Source: a phage
DNA: 735 nucleotides
Sequence record: M38294.1
Strand: one strand, 5' to 3'
In this document: in pieces, positions 1-735 of the stretch
Layout: every line of letters begins with the position of its first letter
Numbering within the stretch: the stretch's first letter is position 1
Translations under genes and position numbers: made by a program
The notes under the pieces: model-generated
What the model saw: the letters and a program-made list of their open reading frames with translations, nothing else
Told to the model about the DNA's origin: nothing
Databases searched by the model: none

Positions 1-1
1 C

Positions 2-250
2 CGCGCGGCTGATATTGTCCAAAACAGAGCTGTGGGGGAGAGTTGTCGAGAAAGAGTGCGGAAGATGCAAAGGCGTCGGCTATTCAAGGATGCCAGCAAG
101 CGCAGCTATCGCGCTGTGAGGATGCTAATCCCAAACCTTACCCAACCCACCTGGTCACGCACTGTTAAGCCGCTGTATGACGCTCTGGTGGTGCAATGCC
201 ACAAAGAAGAGTCAATCGCAGACAACATTTTGAATGCGATCACACGTTAG
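2..250 (+). CDS. 3' portion of a protein-coding gene whose start lies upstream of the window; hypothetical protein with an Arg/Lys-rich segment, ending ...LNAITR
   Basis: Seen in sequence: this frame is open from position 2 to a TAG stop at 248-250 (83 sense codons; I estimate about 2 percent chance for random sequence). The other two plus frames and all minus frames in 1-250 are broken by stops. The ORF-track start at 32 is a GTG with no recognisable Shine-Dalgarno upstream, so the real start is probably outside the window. Caveat: the first half uses many rare-type Arg/Leu codons (AGA, AGG, CGA, CGG, CTA), which weakens the call. Product not recognised. Confidence 0.45.
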   Translation, partial: RAADIVQNRAVGESCRERVRKMQRRRLFKDASKRSYRAVRMLIPNLTQPTWSRTVKPLYDALVVQCHKEESIADNILNAITR

Positions 251-289
251 CAGCATGATCGCCACGGATGGCACATATTAACGGCATGA

Positions 290-318
290 TTGACTTATTG
301 AATAAAATTGGGTAATTT
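290..318 (+). promoter_or_regulatory. Candidate sigma70 promoter: -35 TTGACT (290-295), 17-bp spacer, -10 TAATTT (313-318); predicted start site around 324-327
   Basis: Seen in sequence: TTGACT matches 5 of 6 positions of the TTGACA consensus. TAATTT keeps the three most conserved -10 positions (T1, A2, T6). The spacer is the optimal 17 bp and the surroundings (280-340) are AT-rich. Inference only; no extended -10 TG motif. Confidence 0.3.
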
Positions 319-324
319 GACTCA

Positions 325-516
325 ACGATGGGTTAATTCGCTCGTTGTGGTAGTGAGATGAAAAGAGGCGGCGCTTACTACCGATTCCGCCTAGTTGGTC
401 ACTTCGACGTATCGTCTGGAACTCCAACCATCGCAGGCAGAGAGGTCTGCAAAATGCAATCCCGAAACAGTTCGCAGGTAATAGTTAGAGCCTGCATAAC
501 GGTTTCGGGATTTTTT
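325..516 (+). ncRNA. Candidate small structured RNA of about 190 nt (unknown family), bounded by the predicted promoter and the intrinsic terminator
   Basis: Inference from sequence: promoter-like element directly upstream, terminator at the 3' end, and no credible ORF with an RBS in between. Stem-loops found by eye: 348-357 with 374-383 (10 bp including 2 G-U); 366-371 with 387-392; 394-398 with 424-428, enclosing 406-409 with 413-416; 437-441 with 446-450 (loop GAGG). Not matched to any RNA family I can recall. Confidence 0.25.
458..516 (+). terminator. Rho-independent terminator-like hairpin followed by a T-run
   Basis: Seen in sequence: AATCCCGAAAC (458-468) is the perfect reverse complement of GTTTCGGGATT (502-512). 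Pairing continues inward (470-472 with 498-500; 474-478 GCAGG with 491-495 CCTGC) to give an extended imperfect hairpin with a 12-nt apical loop (479-490). It is immediately followed by TTTTTT (511-516, the first two T's within the stem). Confidence 0.6.
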
Positions 517-735
517 ATATCTGCACAACAGGTAAGAGCATTGAGTCGATAATCGTGAAGAGTCGGCGAGCTTGGTTAGCCAGTGCTCTTTCCGTTGTGC
601 TGAATTAAGCGAATACCGGAAGCAGAACCGGATCACCAAATGCGTACAGGCGTCATCGCCGCCCAGCAACAGCACAACCCAAACTAGCCGTAGCCACTGT
701 CTGTCCTGAATTCATTAGTAATAGTTACGCTGCGG

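Noticed and set aside
61-125. GGA-type motifs (GAAGATGC, CAAGGATGCC, GAGGATGC) resembling CsrA-binding repeats of CsrB/RsmB-like RNAs
   Set aside because: Only three loosely similar motifs, they lie inside the open reading frame, and there is no repeated hairpin-loop GGA architecture or terminator as in CsrB/CsrC. Most likely coincidence.
269-274. TGGCAC resembling the -24 element of a sigma54 promoter
   Set aside because: The required -12 element (TTGC[A/T]) is absent at the correct spacing; the downstream sequence is ATATTAACGG.
290-516. Retron msr-msd non-coding RNA
   Set aside because: No a1/a2 inverted repeats of 10 or more nt flank the structured region, no reverse-transcriptase ORF is in the window, and the terminal hairpin has a T-run typical of a terminator rather than an msd stem.
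358-552. Plus-strand 64-aa ORF from the supplied track
   Set aside because: No Shine-Dalgarno before the ATG. It reads straight through the strong terminator hairpin and its T-run. The translation is low-complexity with no recognisable domain. It fits better as noncoding RNA sequence.
618-625. GGAAGCAG resembling part of the conserved SRP (4.5S) RNA motif
   Set aside because: The surrounding sequence does not form the SRP RNA domain IV hairpin and lacks the rest of the 4.5S consensus.
391-675. Minus-strand 94-aa ORF from the supplied track
   Set aside because: GTG start without a convincing RBS; Cys/Arg/Tyr/Ser-rich composition typical of spurious antisense ORFs; it overlaps the terminator hairpin and the structured region on the opposite strand.
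693-699. GCCACTG heptamer reminiscent of a conserved cobalamin-riboswitch motif
   Set aside because: An isolated 7-mer without the other conserved elements of the aptamer in the flanking sequence; the window ends 36 nt later. Expected by chance.
600-712. Direct repeats CTGAATT (600-606 and 706-712) and TAGCCAGTG / TAGCCACTG (577-585 and 691-699), considered as possible iterons or att-site repeats
   Set aside because: Repeats of 7-9 nt with mismatches are expected many times by chance in 735 bp; the spacings are inconsistent (106 vs 114 bp) and there is no flanking context such as an integrase or replication gene.
1-735. CRISPR array, tRNA or rRNA genes, IS element terminal inverted repeats
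   Set aside because: No regularly spaced direct repeats of 24-40 nt; no tRNA T-arm (GTTCGAATC-like) or cloverleaf candidates; no terminal inverted repeats with target-site duplications; no rRNA-like conserved sequence.

Overview
The 735-bp window appears to hold (i) the 3' end of a plus-strand protein-coding gene that starts upstream of the window and stops at 248-250, and (ii) a roughly 430-bp stretch with no credible ORF on either strand. Within that stretch the sequence shows an AT-rich sigma70-like promoter (TTGACT, 17-bp spacer, TAATTT at 290-318), a region with several hand-foldable stem-loops (about 347-450), and a strong intrinsic-terminator-like hairpin followed by a T6 run (458-516). 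The most economical reading is an independent small structured RNA gene of about 190 nt on the plus strand, which I could not match to any sRNA, riboswitch or housekeeping RNA from memory. Both ORFs in the supplied track that lie in this region (358-552 plus, 391-675 minus) run through the terminator hairpin and look spurious. I see no CRISPR array, tRNA, rRNA or IS termini, and no evidence of a multi-gene system; the window is too short to support one. All structures were found by eye, with no thermodynamic folding or database search.
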